Shown here: positions 17,810 through 26,461 of the stretch, piece by piece | Position numbering within the stretch: position 1 is the stretch's first letter | How the letters are laid out: each line of letters opens with the position of its first letter | Origin: a virus | Lineage: Duplodnaviria > Heunggongvirae > Uroviricota > Caudoviricetes | Virus record (IMG/VR): IMGVR_UViG_2534681936_000021 | Coordinates: 1-37,481 of that record | Strand: one strand, 5' to 3' | DNA: 37,481 nucleotides | Notes under the pieces: model-generated | The model's input: only the letters and a program-made list of their open reading frames with translations | Told to the model about the DNA's origin: nothing | Databases searched by the model: none | Program-made: the position numbers and the translations under genes

Positions 17810-18198
17810 GCAACACATTTAAATTCAGCAGCCGGAGCGAAAAGAATTTGCAGGGCGTAAATCCTGATCTGGTGAAAGTGACCCGACGGGCACTGGAAAT
17901 TTCGGAAGTGGATTTTGGTATCACCGAAGGGTTGCGCAGCCGTTACCGCCAGAAGCAACTGGTGGCCACGGGTAAGAGCCAGACCATGAACAGCCGCCAC
18001 CTTACGGGGCATGCCGTGGATGTTGTGGCTTATATCGGCAGCCAGGTGTCATGGGAATGGCCGCTGTACGAAAAAATCGCAGCAGCATTCAGACAGGCCA
18101 GCCGGGAACTGAATATTCCGGTGGAATGGGGCGGTGACTGGAAGACCCTGAAAGACGGACCGCATTTTCAGTTACCACACGGAGCCTATCCGGCATGA
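17806..18198 (+). CDS. endolysin, L-alanyl-D-glutamate peptidase type (peptidase M15-like)
   Basis: 130 aa with ...SRHLTGHAVDV... metal-binding motif typical of M15 endolysins; lies in the lysis cassette. Confidence 0.75.
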   Translation: MSNTFKFSSRSEKNLQGVNPDLVKVTRRALEISEVDFGITEGLRSRYRQKQLVATGKSQTMNSRHLTGHAVDVVAYIGSQVSWEWPLYEKIAAAFRQASRELNIPVEWGGDWKTLKDGPHFQLPHGAYPA

Positions 18199-18602
18199 AG
18201 CTCTGGCCCACGCTTGGCGTCGCTTTCCTTCTGATTGCCGGATGGGGAACATCCATGCGTCTGTCGTGGTCGCTGGGCCGGGAGAACGCCAGAAACGAAG
18301 CGCAGGCCAGCACCCTGAAAAGTACCGCCGACACCCTGAATATCATCAGCGCCGGGGTACAGGATATGCAGCAGGTGCTGGCGCAACTCCGCGTGGAAAA
18401 TCAGCAACGCAATCAGGACGGAGAGGTAAGACGTGAACAGCTACGCAACGATATTGCAAAAGATGAATGCGCCCACGCTTTGCCTGACGCTCGTTTTACT
18501 GACAGGCTGCGCAGGCACGCAGAACGCGCCACTGCCAGCGCCGTCAGTCCGGCTTATACCGCAGACGCTGACCATACCGGTAACGCCTCCCCCCTTCCCT
18601 GA
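18195..18602 (+). CDS. i-spanin (Rz/LysB-like)
   Basis: N-terminal transmembrane helix followed by a charged coiled-coil region; downstream of the endolysin. Confidence 0.6.
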   Translation: MKLWPTLGVAFLLIAGWGTSMRLSWSLGRENARNEAQASTLKSTADTLNIISAGVQDMQQVLAQLRVENQQRNQDGEVRREQLRNDIAKDECAHALPDARFTDRLRRHAERATASAVSPAYTADADHTGNASPLP

Positions 18603-18753
18603 CACTCCCACATGGGGAAATCTCGGTATATGGGGCGACCGCCTTCTGGATGCACTGGAAACCTGTAACGCGGATAAACGGGCCATTGAATTACTGGAAC
18701 AACGCAGGCTGCAACGACTGAACAACGAGGATAACAACCATGCTGAAAACTGA
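18463..18753 (+). CDS. o-spanin (Rz1/LysC-like lipoprotein) overlapping the i-spanin in another frame
   Basis: Lipobox LLTGC and proline-rich body; start embedded in the i-spanin gene. Confidence 0.55.
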   Translation: MNAPTLCLTLVLLTGCAGTQNAPLPAPSVRLIPQTLTIPVTPPPFPDTPTWGNLGIWGDRLLDALETCNADKRAIELLEQRRLQRLNNEDNNHAEN

Positions 18754-19207
18754 TTCCCTGCGTGAAGCCATGACCCGTTCATGCCGATGGTGTCAGGCTA
18801 ACCCGGAAAAATTCACCATTTTCGTGGAGAGCGGCAACATTGAAACGACCGGAGAAACTCCCTCGTTTGTTTACCGCTATCAGATGGTGATGTTTGTCAT
18901 GGATTACGCCGGGGAGCTGGACGACCTCACGCTGCCGCTGCTGGCGTGGTTATCCGAAAATCAGCCACAGTTGTTGCTCAATCCGGAGCGTAATCAGGAC
19001 ATCAAATTTTCCGCCGTTATCAATGACGATGACAGCGCCGATCTCCTGTTTACGCTCCCCCTGCGGGAACGCGTTCGCATTACGCGCAACAGTCAGGGCA
19101 CACCGCAGGCAGAACACCTGCCGGAGCCAAAACCCCGCCTGCCCTCTTCCGAAGGCGACTGGTCGCATGTATTCCAGGATGTGACGCGGGGTGAAAGCGA
19201 TGGATAA
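18740..19207 (+). CDS. R: tail completion protein gpR-like
   Basis: 155 aa; size and position match P2 R. Confidence 0.75.
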   Translation: MLKTDSLREAMTRSCRWCQANPEKFTIFVESGNIETTGETPSFVYRYQMVMFVMDYAGELDDLTLPLLAWLSENQPQLLLNPERNQDIKFSAVINDDDSADLLFTLPLRERVRITRNSQGTPQAEHLPEPKPRLPSSEGDWSHVFQDVTRGESDG

Positions 19208-19835
19208 GGCATTCACCCGCGTGGATGAAACCTTTGAGGCTATCCGCGACAGCCTGAATCAGCAGGCCATCAATAACATCGCCAGAAAGCTGGCACAGGA
19301 TTTACGCCGCGCCCAGCAGGCGCGCATCCGGTCACAGAAAGCGCCGGACGGGACCGCATGGACACCACGCAGACGCCGCGTAACCCGGATACAGGAGCGC
19401 ATTCGCTTTATCTGGAATAACGAAGCACGCACGCTGAAAAACTGGCATCACGACACGGGGAAATACGGGCGAACCATTACCGGGTGGGATGAGGATAAAA
19501 ACAATATCCGCACGTTTTATCGGGATGACATCGACCGTTTTCTGGAAATACGCACCCGGCGCATCAACCAGGACAGCACAAAGCGCGTCCCCATGTTCGT
19601 AAAACTGCGCACCGCCCGCTACCTGAAAGCCCGTGCAGATGCTTCCGGTGTGACGGTGGGTTACAGCGGCGTAGCCGCACGTATTGCCCGCGTTCATCAG
19701 TACGGTGAGCGCGATCAGGTTGCGCCGGGCATTTTCACCGATTACCCGGTACGTGAGCTGCTGGGTATCAGCCAGGCAGATGAGCGCCTGATTTATAACA
19801 CGGTGCTGGGCCGGATTGCGGAGGCTGTACGGTGA
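19200..19835 (+). CDS. S: virion morphogenesis / tail completion protein gpS-like (a GTG at 19191 is an alternative start)
   Basis: Position between R and V. Confidence 0.7.
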   Translation: MDKAFTRVDETFEAIRDSLNQQAINNIARKLAQDLRRAQQARIRSQKAPDGTAWTPRRRRVTRIQERIRFIWNNEARTLKNWHHDTGKYGRTITGWDEDKNNIRTFYRDDIDRFLEIRTRRINQDSTKRVPMFVKLRTARYLKARADASGVTVGYSGVAARIARVHQYGERDQVAPGIFTDYPVRELLGISQADERLIYNTVLGRIAEAVR

Positions 19836-20413
19836 GCGCAGAACTCATGCGACTGCTGAGCAATATCATCCGCACCGGGATCATCTCTGAAGTTGATGAG
19901 AAGTCCTGGCGCGTGCGCGTTCGCAGCGGCGAACTGGAAACAGGCTGGTTGCGCTGGAACACCACGCGCGCGGGAGCCTTCAATGTGTGGCTGCCGCCAT
20001 CAGTGGGCGAACAGGTGGTAATTGCCTGCATTGGCGGCAACCCGGAAACCGCCATGATAATTGGCAGCCTGTGGAGTGATGCCAATCCGGCCCCTGGCAA
20101 AAGCCTGAAAGAAATCGTGATCAGCGCGCCGGACGGCGCGGTGTTCCGCTACGACGCGGACGCAGGCGCACTGAGCGCCAGCGGCATGAAAACGGCCACT
20201 TTACAGGCATCCGTCAGCGTGAAACTAGACACGCCCGTCGTGGAATGCACAAACCTTCTGAGAACGGCGACGCTTGACGTCACAAAAGGAGGAAAGATGA
20301 GCGGCAATATCACGCACAGCGGCGGCAACTTCACCTCAAACGGCATTACCGTGCATACGCATAAACACGGTGGCGTGAAAGGCGGCAGCGATTCGACAGG
20401 AGGCCCGCAGTGA
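19832..20413 (+). CDS. V: baseplate spike / assembly protein gpV-like
   Basis: 193 aa with glycine-rich C-terminus (HSGGNFTSNGITVHTHKHGG). Confidence 0.85.
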   Translation: MSAELMRLLSNIIRTGIISEVDEKSWRVRVRSGELETGWLRWNTTRAGAFNVWLPPSVGEQVVIACIGGNPETAMIIGSLWSDANPAPGKSLKEIVISAPDGAVFRYDADAGALSASGMKTATLQASVSVKLDTPVVECTNLLRTATLDVTKGGKMSGNITHSGGNFTSNGITVHTHKHGGVKGGSDSTGGPQ

Positions 20414-20760
20414 CAACCCGCTACACAGGAATGAACCCGGACGGAACGGGAAACCTGAACGATATGGAGCACCTGAAACAGTCAGTCAGGGACATCCTGA
20501 CCACCCCGCTGGCAAGCCGGGTTATGCGACGGGAATATGGCAGCCTTGTGCCTGATTTGATTGACGAACCCATGAATAACACCACGCGTCTGCAATGCAT
20601 GAGTGCTGCCGTGATTGCGCTGACACGATGGGAACCCCGCATTGCCCTGGACGCTATCGACGTTGTCTGGAAGGCAGGAGGCCGCGCCGGGGTGACGCTG
20701 TCGGGCACTGTTATGCAGACCATGCAGAATGTTGAATTAACCATCACGCTGAGAGAGTAA
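20410..20760 (+). CDS. W: baseplate wedge protein gpW-like (gp25/lysozyme-like fold)
   Basis: RVMRREYGSL motif characteristic of the gpW/gp25 family. Confidence 0.8.
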   Translation: MTTRYTGMNPDGTGNLNDMEHLKQSVRDILTTPLASRVMRREYGSLVPDLIDEPMNNTTRLQCMSAAVIALTRWEPRIALDAIDVVWKAGGRAGVTLSGTVMQTMQNVELTITLRE

Positions 20761-20763
20761 ATC

Positions 20764-21660
20764 ATGCCTGCTGTTGACCTTTCCCAGTTACCGGAACCAG
20801 CCATCATCGCGGAGCCTGATTTTGAGGCAATTCTGGCTGACACAAAGGCCATGATGATTGCGGCTTATCCCGCCGAACAGCGTGAAGCCGTTTCCGCCGC
20901 GCTGGAGCTGGAATCGGAACCCCTGAACGTTATCGCCCAGACAACAGCGTTTCGTGAAATGCTGTTACGCCAGCGGGTCAATGAGGGGGCACGCGCCTGC
21001 ATGTTAAGCCACAGCGCCGGGACAGACCTGGACAACCTCGCGGGCAATATGAACACAAAGCGCCTGACCATCACTCCGGCAACGGATACCACCGACGCGG
21101 TGATGGAGAGCGACACCTCGCTGAGACTGCGGGCGCAGCGGGCGTACGACGGCCTGAGTGTTGCTGGCCCGTCAGGTGCATACGAGTATTTTGCCCGCAG
21201 CGCCAGCGGTCTGGTGCGTGATGCGCGGGCTATCAGCCCGTCTCCGGCAAATGTGACGGTTTCCATCCTGTCCACTGAGGGCGACGGCACAGCAACGGAG
21301 GCGTTGCTTAATACCGTTCGCGCCGTTCTGAATGCAGAGGATACCCGCCCGGTGGCCGACCGCCTGACCGTACAGAGCGCCAGAATCGTGACATGGCGGC
21401 TGAATGCAAAACTGTACTTTTACCCCGGCCCGGAATCCGAACCTATTCTGGCCGCGGCTGAATCGTCGTTCAGGAAGTGGCTGGCTGAGCAGGGGCTTAT
21501 CGGTCAGGACGTGGCGTTGTCCGCCATTGCTGCCGCACTGCATGTGCACGGTGTGCAACGCGTGGAGATAATCGAACCCACACAGAATATGGCCATCAGC
21601 GACATACAGGCGGCGCGCTGTGAGTCATTCACCATCAGCGAAGGTGGACGCAATGAGTAA
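20764..21660 (+). CDS. J: baseplate protein gpJ-like
   Basis: 298 aa; position and size match P2 J. Confidence 0.85.
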   Translation: MPAVDLSQLPEPAIIAEPDFEAILADTKAMMIAAYPAEQREAVSAALELESEPLNVIAQTTAFREMLLRQRVNEGARACMLSHSAGTDLDNLAGNMNTKRLTITPATDTTDAVMESDTSLRLRAQRAYDGLSVAGPSGAYEYFARSASGLVRDARAISPSPANVTVSILSTEGDGTATEALLNTVRAVLNAEDTRPVADRLTVQSARIVTWRLNAKLYFYPGPESEPILAAAESSFRKWLAEQGLIGQDVALSAIAAALHVHGVQRVEIIEPTQNMAISDIQAARCESFTISEGGRNE

Positions 21661-22261
21661 TTCGTTGTTACCACCATCAGCCAGCAATTTCATGCGTTGT
21701 GCCGAAGCCGTCGGAACACGCATTACAGACATTCCGGTAGACCTCAACACGCTGTGGTCGCCGGACACCTGCCCGGTGCATCTGCTGCCTTATCTCGCCT
21801 GGGCGTTTTCCGTTGACCGCTGGGATCGCAACTGGCCGGAAGAGACAAAGCGACAGGTAATTCGTGATGCATGGCTGATACACCGACACAAAGGGACCAT
21901 CAGCGCACTGCGAAGAGCCGTGGAGCCTCTCGGCTACCTGATTGAAGTAAAGGAGTGGTGGCAACTCAACGAGGAGCCAGGAACATTTCGCATTGTTGTC
22001 GGAGTACTTGATCAGGGCATCACCGATGAAATGTATCAGGAACTTGAGCGCCTTATTGCGGATGCAAAACCAGTAAGTCGCCATCTGACGGGGCTGGCGA
22101 TCAGCCTGAGTGTGAACGGAAAGATTTTCGTTGGTACGGGATGCTATCACGGCGATGCCCTGACGGTTTATCCCTACACCCCGGAGTCCATTATTGTCGA
22201 AGGGGATTATTTCCCTGCCCCGGCCATTCATTTAATTGATAATCTGAGAGTAAACGCATGA
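21653..22261 (+). CDS. I: baseplate protein gpI-like
   Basis: ATG at 21653 with RBS aaggtgga upstream; overlaps the J stop. Confidence 0.8.
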   Translation: MSNSLLPPSASNFMRCAEAVGTRITDIPVDLNTLWSPDTCPVHLLPYLAWAFSVDRWDRNWPEETKRQVIRDAWLIHRHKGTISALRRAVEPLGYLIEVKEWWQLNEEPGTFRIVVGVLDQGITDEMYQELERLIADAKPVSRHLTGLAISLSVNGKIFVGTGCYHGDALTVYPYTPESIIVEGDYFPAPAIHLIDNLRVNA

Positions 22262-23892
22262 CAGTGAAATACTACGCCATTCTGACTAATCAGGGCGCAG
22301 CACGACTGGCTAACGCGACGATGCTCGGCAGTAAGCTGAATCTGACGCAAATGGCCGTTGGTGATGCAAATGGTGTGTTACCAACACCAGACCCTGCACA
22401 AACAAAACTGATTAACCAGAAACGCATTGCACCGCTGAATCTTCTGAGTGTTGACCCTAACAATCAGAGCCAGATTATTGCGGAGCAAATCATCCCTGAA
22501 AACGAGGGAGGATTCTGGATCCGTGAGATTGGTCTTTATGATGATGAAGGTGTACTCATTGCGGTGGCAAACTGCCCGGAAACGTACAAACCGCAGTTGC
22601 AGGAAGGCAGTGGACGCACCCAGACTATCCGCATGATTCTGGTTGTCACGAACACCGAAGCCATCACGCTGAAAATCGACCCGTCTGTGGTTCTGGCAAC
22701 CCGCAAATATGTGGATGATAAAATATCAGAGCACGAACAGTCACGACGTCACCCGGACGCCTCGCTGACCGTAAAAGGTTTTACTCAGTTAAGCAGTGCA
22801 ATTAACAGTGAATCAGAAACACTGGCCGCAACACCGAAAGCGGTTAAGGCTGCATATGACCTGGCTAACGAGAAATATACCGCCCAGAACGCCACCACTA
22901 CACAAAAAGGGATTGTTCAGCTCAGTAGCGCCACGAACAGCACGTCTGAAACACTGGCAGCGACACCAAAAGCTGTTAAGGCGGTAATGGATGAAACGAA
23001 CAAGAAAGCACCATTAAACAGCCCGGCACTGACCGGAACGCCAACAACACCAACAGCGCCACAGGGGACTAATAGTACCCAGATCGCAAGCACGGCTTTC
23101 GTTATGGCCGCGATTGCCGCACTTGTAGATTCGTCACCTGATGCACTGAACACGCTGAACGAACTGGCTGCGGCGCTGGGCAATGACCCGAATTTTGCGA
23201 CCACCATGACTAACGCGCTTGCGGGTAAGCAACCGAAGGATGCCACCCTGACGGCGCTGGCGGAGCTTGCTACATCAGCAGATAAACTCCCATATTTTAC
23301 AGGGGCAGATCGTGCCGCGTTAACCGCGTTGACAAGTGTTGGACGTGCCATTCTTGGTAAAACCAGCACTCAGGGAGTTCTTGATTACCTTGGTTTGGGA
23401 GAAGGTTCGGCATTACCCGTTGGTGTGCCTGTTCCGTGGCCTTCCGCCACTCCGCCAACAGGCTGGCTGAAATGCAATGGTGCGGCTTTTTCTGCTGAAG
23501 AATACCCGGAACTGGCAAAGGCTTATCCAACAAATAAATTACCTGATTTACGCGGTGAGTTTATTCGTGGATGGGATGATAGTCGTGGTATCGACAACGG
23601 GCGTGCGCTGCTTTCATCTCAAGGCCATTCACTCAGAGACCACTCACATAACCAGCAGATCTGGACAGGTTCAAATACAACATCGTCAACTATTGGTCAG
23701 GCCGGGAGTTATGCTCCGCTAGCAACTGGAGGGGATGGGGGGATTGCCTATACTGACCGGGAGCCTCAAAGCCTACCTTCAGCAGTAAGAGCTGTCAGCA
23801 CTCGTGGGGTTGCTTCTGACAATGCAGCGAATATTGGCACTGAAACCCGCCCGCGCAACATTGCATTTAACTACATCGTGAGGGCTGCATAA
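22258..23892 (+). CDS. H: tail fibre protein gpH-like; constant N-terminal part fused to variable C-terminus 1
   Basis: 544 aa; internal SETLAATPKAVKA repeats; the left inversion crossover site lies at codon 377-378. Confidence 0.85.
   Translation: MTVKYYAILTNQGAARLANATMLGSKLNLTQMAVGDANGVLPTPDPAQTKLINQKRIAPLNLLSVDPNNQSQIIAEQIIPENEGGFWIREIGLYDDEGVLIAVANCPETYKPQLQEGSGRTQTIRMILVVTNTEAITLKIDPSVVLATRKYVDDKISEHEQSRRHPDASLTVKGFTQLSSAINSESETLAATPKAVKAAYDLANEKYTAQNATTTQKGIVQLSSATNSTSETLAATPKAVKAVMDETNKKAPLNSPALTGTPTTPTAPQGTNSTQIASTAFVMAAIAALVDSSPDALNTLNELAAALGNDPNFATTMTNALAGKQPKDATLTALAELATSADKLPYFTGADRAALTALTSVGRAILGKTSTQGVLDYLGLGEGSALPVGVPVPWPSATPPTGWLKCNGAAFSAEEYPELAKAYPTNKLPDLRGEFIRGWDDSRGIDNGRALLSSQGHSLRDHSHNQQIWTGSNTTSSTIGQAGSYAPLATGGDGGIAYTDREPQSLPSAVRAVSTRGVASDNAANIGTETRPRNIAFNYIVRAA
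22790..22990 (+). repeat. in-frame tandem repeat in the tail fibre (two copies of the SETLAATPKAVKA-containing unit)
   Basis: Repeated peptide in the H translation. Confidence 0.5.
23378..23403. promoter_or_regulatory. left crossover site for the DNA invertase (gix/hix-like, 26 bp: ttcttgattacc-tt-ggtttgggagaa)
   Basis: 12-bp half-sites around a 2-bp core; inner half plus core is the exact reverse complement of 25254-25267. Confidence 0.65.
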
Positions 23893-24494
23893 TGACACAG
23901 GCAAAATTAAACAGTGAATTTATTGCCACAGTAGCGGGTGATATTACCGTCTATAACTATGACAACACGACACGGGAATACATTTCATCATCAACAGAAT
24001 ATCTTGCCGTTGGCGTCGGTATCCCGGCATGTTCTTGTTTAGATGCACCAGTTACACATAAAGCTGGTTATGCAATCTGCCGTTCTGCAGATTTTAACTC
24101 ATGGGAATATGTACCAGACCATCGCGGTGAAATCATCTATAGCACCGAAACAGGAGAATCGAAAGAAATCACAGCTCCGGGTGATTACCCTGAAAATACA
24201 ACCACTATCGCCCCGTTAACGCCATTCGATAAATGGGATGGTGAGAAATGGGTGACGGATACCGAGGCACAGCATAGCGCCGCACTAGACGCGGCAGAAG
24301 CAAAGCGCCAGTCGCTGATTGATGCTGCAATGGCTTCCATCAGTCTGATTCAGATGAAATTACGGGCCGGGCGGAAGCTGACGCAGGCAGAAACCACCCG
24401 ACTTAACGCTGTGCTGGATTACATTGACGCGGTGGAGGCAACAGATACCAGCACCGCGCCTGATGTCATCTGGCCTGAACTGCCGGAGGCGTAG
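23892..24494 (+). CDS. G: tail fibre assembly chaperone gpG-like (copy 1)
   Basis: 200 aa; C-terminal WPELPEA-type tail typical of fibre assembly proteins; follows H. Confidence 0.8.
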   Translation: MTQAKLNSEFIATVAGDITVYNYDNTTREYISSSTEYLAVGVGIPACSCLDAPVTHKAGYAICRSADFNSWEYVPDHRGEIIYSTETGESKEITAPGDYPENTTTIAPLTPFDKWDGEKWVTDTEAQHSAALDAAEAKRQSLIDAAMASISLIQMKLRAGRKLTQAETTRLNAVLDYIDAVEATDTSTAPDVIWPELPEA

Positions 24495-24906
24495 GCCATT
24501 CAATATCTGGCGCACCGGAAGTATCGACCAGTTCCAGTGCGTCCAGATAATCCAGCCACAAATTATATTGCGCCAGTTCCCCACCTTTCAGGCGACCAAT
24601 CGCCGCTTTACCAGGCCATTGCTTACTGTTTATGTATTCGTTGACCTGATTAATCAATTGCTGCTTTTCCAGTTCGGCTGCGGCAATTTGTTCCTCATGA
24701 GTTGGCGGTGGAGTATCAATCCATGCAGGCATTCCGTCGATGACACCTCTGTATTTTCCTTCTGGTGCTTCCTTCATAAATTCGGCGGCAACAGTGTCGT
24801 CAATTTCGATTCCATCACCGGGCCATTCGCCGGATTCCTGATAAGCGATTTTAAGCTCCACAGGGAAAAACGCATTTTTATCGGCACTGAAAATATATTT
24901 CTGCAT
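24466..24906 (-). CDS. tail fibre assembly chaperone, alternative copy (G')
   Basis: 146 aa, convergent with and overlapping G by 29 bp; similar C-terminal motif (DIEWPTPP). Confidence 0.75.
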   Translation of the reverse strand: MQKYIFSADKNAFFPVELKIAYQESGEWPGDGIEIDDTVAAEFMKEAPEGKYRGVIDGMPAWIDTPPPTHEEQIAAAELEKQQLINQVNEYINSKQWPGKAAIGRLKGGELAQYNLWLDYLDALELVDTSGAPDIEWPTPPAVQAR

Positions 24907-24908
24907 TT

Positions 24909-25307
24909 CTACCGTCCTATCGAAATATAACTGAATCTGTATTGCTGTGAGATATCACTGGTTGCCACACGCCACGCTGAATTACTGATATGTTCAAAAT
25001 TTACAGACAAAACCTGCGGGGCAGGATTCGACGGGGCTGACTGAACGGCATCAGACATAACACTGACTGAAACCATCGGCTGATTAGGGAATGGTATAGG
25101 GAAGTGTCCACTGATAAAGCGGGTCGTGTTTCCTGAAAAAGTGCCAAACTGAACAATATATCCACCTGGTAGCCTGAACCATCCCGAACCAGAAGCGAAT
25201 GCTCCCATATCCGGTATCTGATTATCTCCTGTGCCCACATTCCGTTTTGCCGCTTCTCCCAAACCAACGTTTAAGAAAATGCAGAGATTATGGCTAACTG
25301 GCATCAT
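24909..25307 (-). CDS. alternative tail fibre C-terminal segment (Hv'); functional only when fused to the H N-terminus by inversion
   Basis: Frame is continuous with the crossover core at 25265; translation after the core (GLGEAAKRNVG...) parallels H after its core (GLGEGSALPVG...). Confidence 0.6.
   Translation of the reverse strand: MMPVSHNLCIFLNVGLGEAAKRNVGTGDNQIPDMGAFASGSGWFRLPGGYIVQFGTFSGNTTRFISGHFPIPFPNQPMVSVSVMSDAVQSAPSNPAPQVLSVNFEHISNSAWRVATSDISQQYRFSYISIGR
25254..25279. promoter_or_regulatory. right crossover site for the DNA invertase (ttctcccaaacc-aa-cgtttaagaaaa)
   Basis: Inverted partner of 23378-23403; lies 56 bp upstream of the invertase gene. Confidence 0.65.
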
Positions 25308-25334
25308 CCCCGGTTTTTATTCAGGGGATCCATC

Positions 25335-25934
25335 ATGCTTATTGGCTATGTCCGCGTATCAACAAATGACCAGAATACAGAATTGCAGCGTAACGCGCTG
25401 GAGTGCGCAGGATGTGAACTGATTTTTGAAGATAAAATCAGCGGAACGAAATCAGCCAGACCGGGATTGAAAAAACTGATCAGAACGCTATCAGAAGGAG
25501 ATACGCTGGTTGTCTGGAAGCTGGACAGACTGGGCAGAAGTATGAAACACCTGATCACGCTTATTGAGGAATTGCGGGAAAAAGGTGTTAATTTCCGTAG
25601 TCTGACGGACAGCATTGACACATCAACACCCATGGGGCGTTTCTTTTTTCACGTCATGGGGGCTTTAGCCGAAATGGAACGTGAATTAATTGTAGAGCGT
25701 ACACTGGCCGGGCTGGCAGCAGCACGCGCACAAGGACGCATTGGCGGACGTCGCCCGAAGTTGACAAAAGAACAACACGAGCAAATAGCGAGGCTGATTA
25801 AAAACGGTCATGACAGGAAACAACTGGCGATCATTTACGACATCGGCATATCGACGATTTATCGTTATCACCCTGTAGGCGATATACAGGCTGAAGAAAC
25901 AACCAGGCAGACTCAGGAAAATGAAAACCGCTAA
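25335..25934 (+). CDS. serine DNA invertase (Gin/Hin/Pin/Cin family)
   Basis: N-terminus MLIGYVRVSTNDQNTELQ with the catalytic serine context; resolvase-type fold and C-terminal helix-turn-helix (GISTIYRY). Confidence 0.9.
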   Translation: MLIGYVRVSTNDQNTELQRNALECAGCELIFEDKISGTKSARPGLKKLIRTLSEGDTLVVWKLDRLGRSMKHLITLIEELREKGVNFRSLTDSIDTSTPMGRFFFHVMGALAEMERELIVERTLAGLAAARAQGRIGGRRPKLTKEQHEQIARLIKNGHDRKQLAIIYDIGISTIYRYHPVGDIQAEETTRQTQENENR

Positions 25935-25953
25935 TCTGACCATTAGCGGTTTT
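25924..25953. terminator. hairpin between the convergent invertase and U genes (aaaaccgctaat / attagcggtttt)
   Basis: 12-bp perfect stem spanning the invertase stop; short T-run on both sides. Confidence 0.45.
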
Positions 25954-25960
25954 GCGTTAA

Positions 25961-26455
25961 TCAAAACAGCCCTTTAACGGAGCTGGCCGCGCTGTTAAGG
26001 GATGATGTGACCTTATCTTTGAAGCCGGACAGCATATCACTGAACGATGAGGATTGCAGGCGCTCCCGCAAATCCTCATCACAGCGTTCAAGGGTCAGTG
26101 AAAATTCTATCTTTTTCGCCTTACCGTAGCGATCAAACTCGGAACGGGTCGTATTCGTTCCAGTCAGGACATACATGCCGTAAATCTGCCCGACGCCATC
26201 AATCAAAGGCCAGGGTCGTCCTGTATAAGCCTGCGTGGTCAGCAGCGACAGCGACACTTCGCCACCTGTAATTTCAGGATAAAGCACACCAGAAAGAACG
26301 ATGCGATCATCACCTGCACCGATATACTGCCAGCTTGCTGAACGGTTAATGCGTTCATTTTTCACATGCCGCCAGCTTTTGTTTTGCTGTAACTGCTGAT
26401 GCGGCAGCGTGCGCAGCTCAAAAACAAACATGCCGTAGATCATCATCATGGCCAT
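25961..26455 (-). CDS. U: tail protein gpU-like
   Basis: 164 aa, immediately downstream of the tape measure gene on the same strand. Confidence 0.8.
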   Translation of the reverse strand: MAMMMIYGMFVFELRTLPHQQLQQNKSWRHVKNERINRSASWQYIGAGDDRIVLSGVLYPEITGGEVSLSLLTTQAYTGRPWPLIDGVGQIYGMYVLTGTNTTRSEFDRYGKAKKIEFSLTLERCDEDLRERLQSSSFSDMLSGFKDKVTSSLNSAASSVKGLF

Positions 26456-26461
26456 GACTCC

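Larger units (their letters stand above)
23392..25265. other. invertible tail-fibre segment (Hv-G / G'-Hv'), about 1.9 kb
   Basis: Bounded by inverted 26-bp crossover sites; carries two convergent tail-fibre chaperone genes and two alternative fibre C-termini; adjacent serine invertase. Confidence 0.65.
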
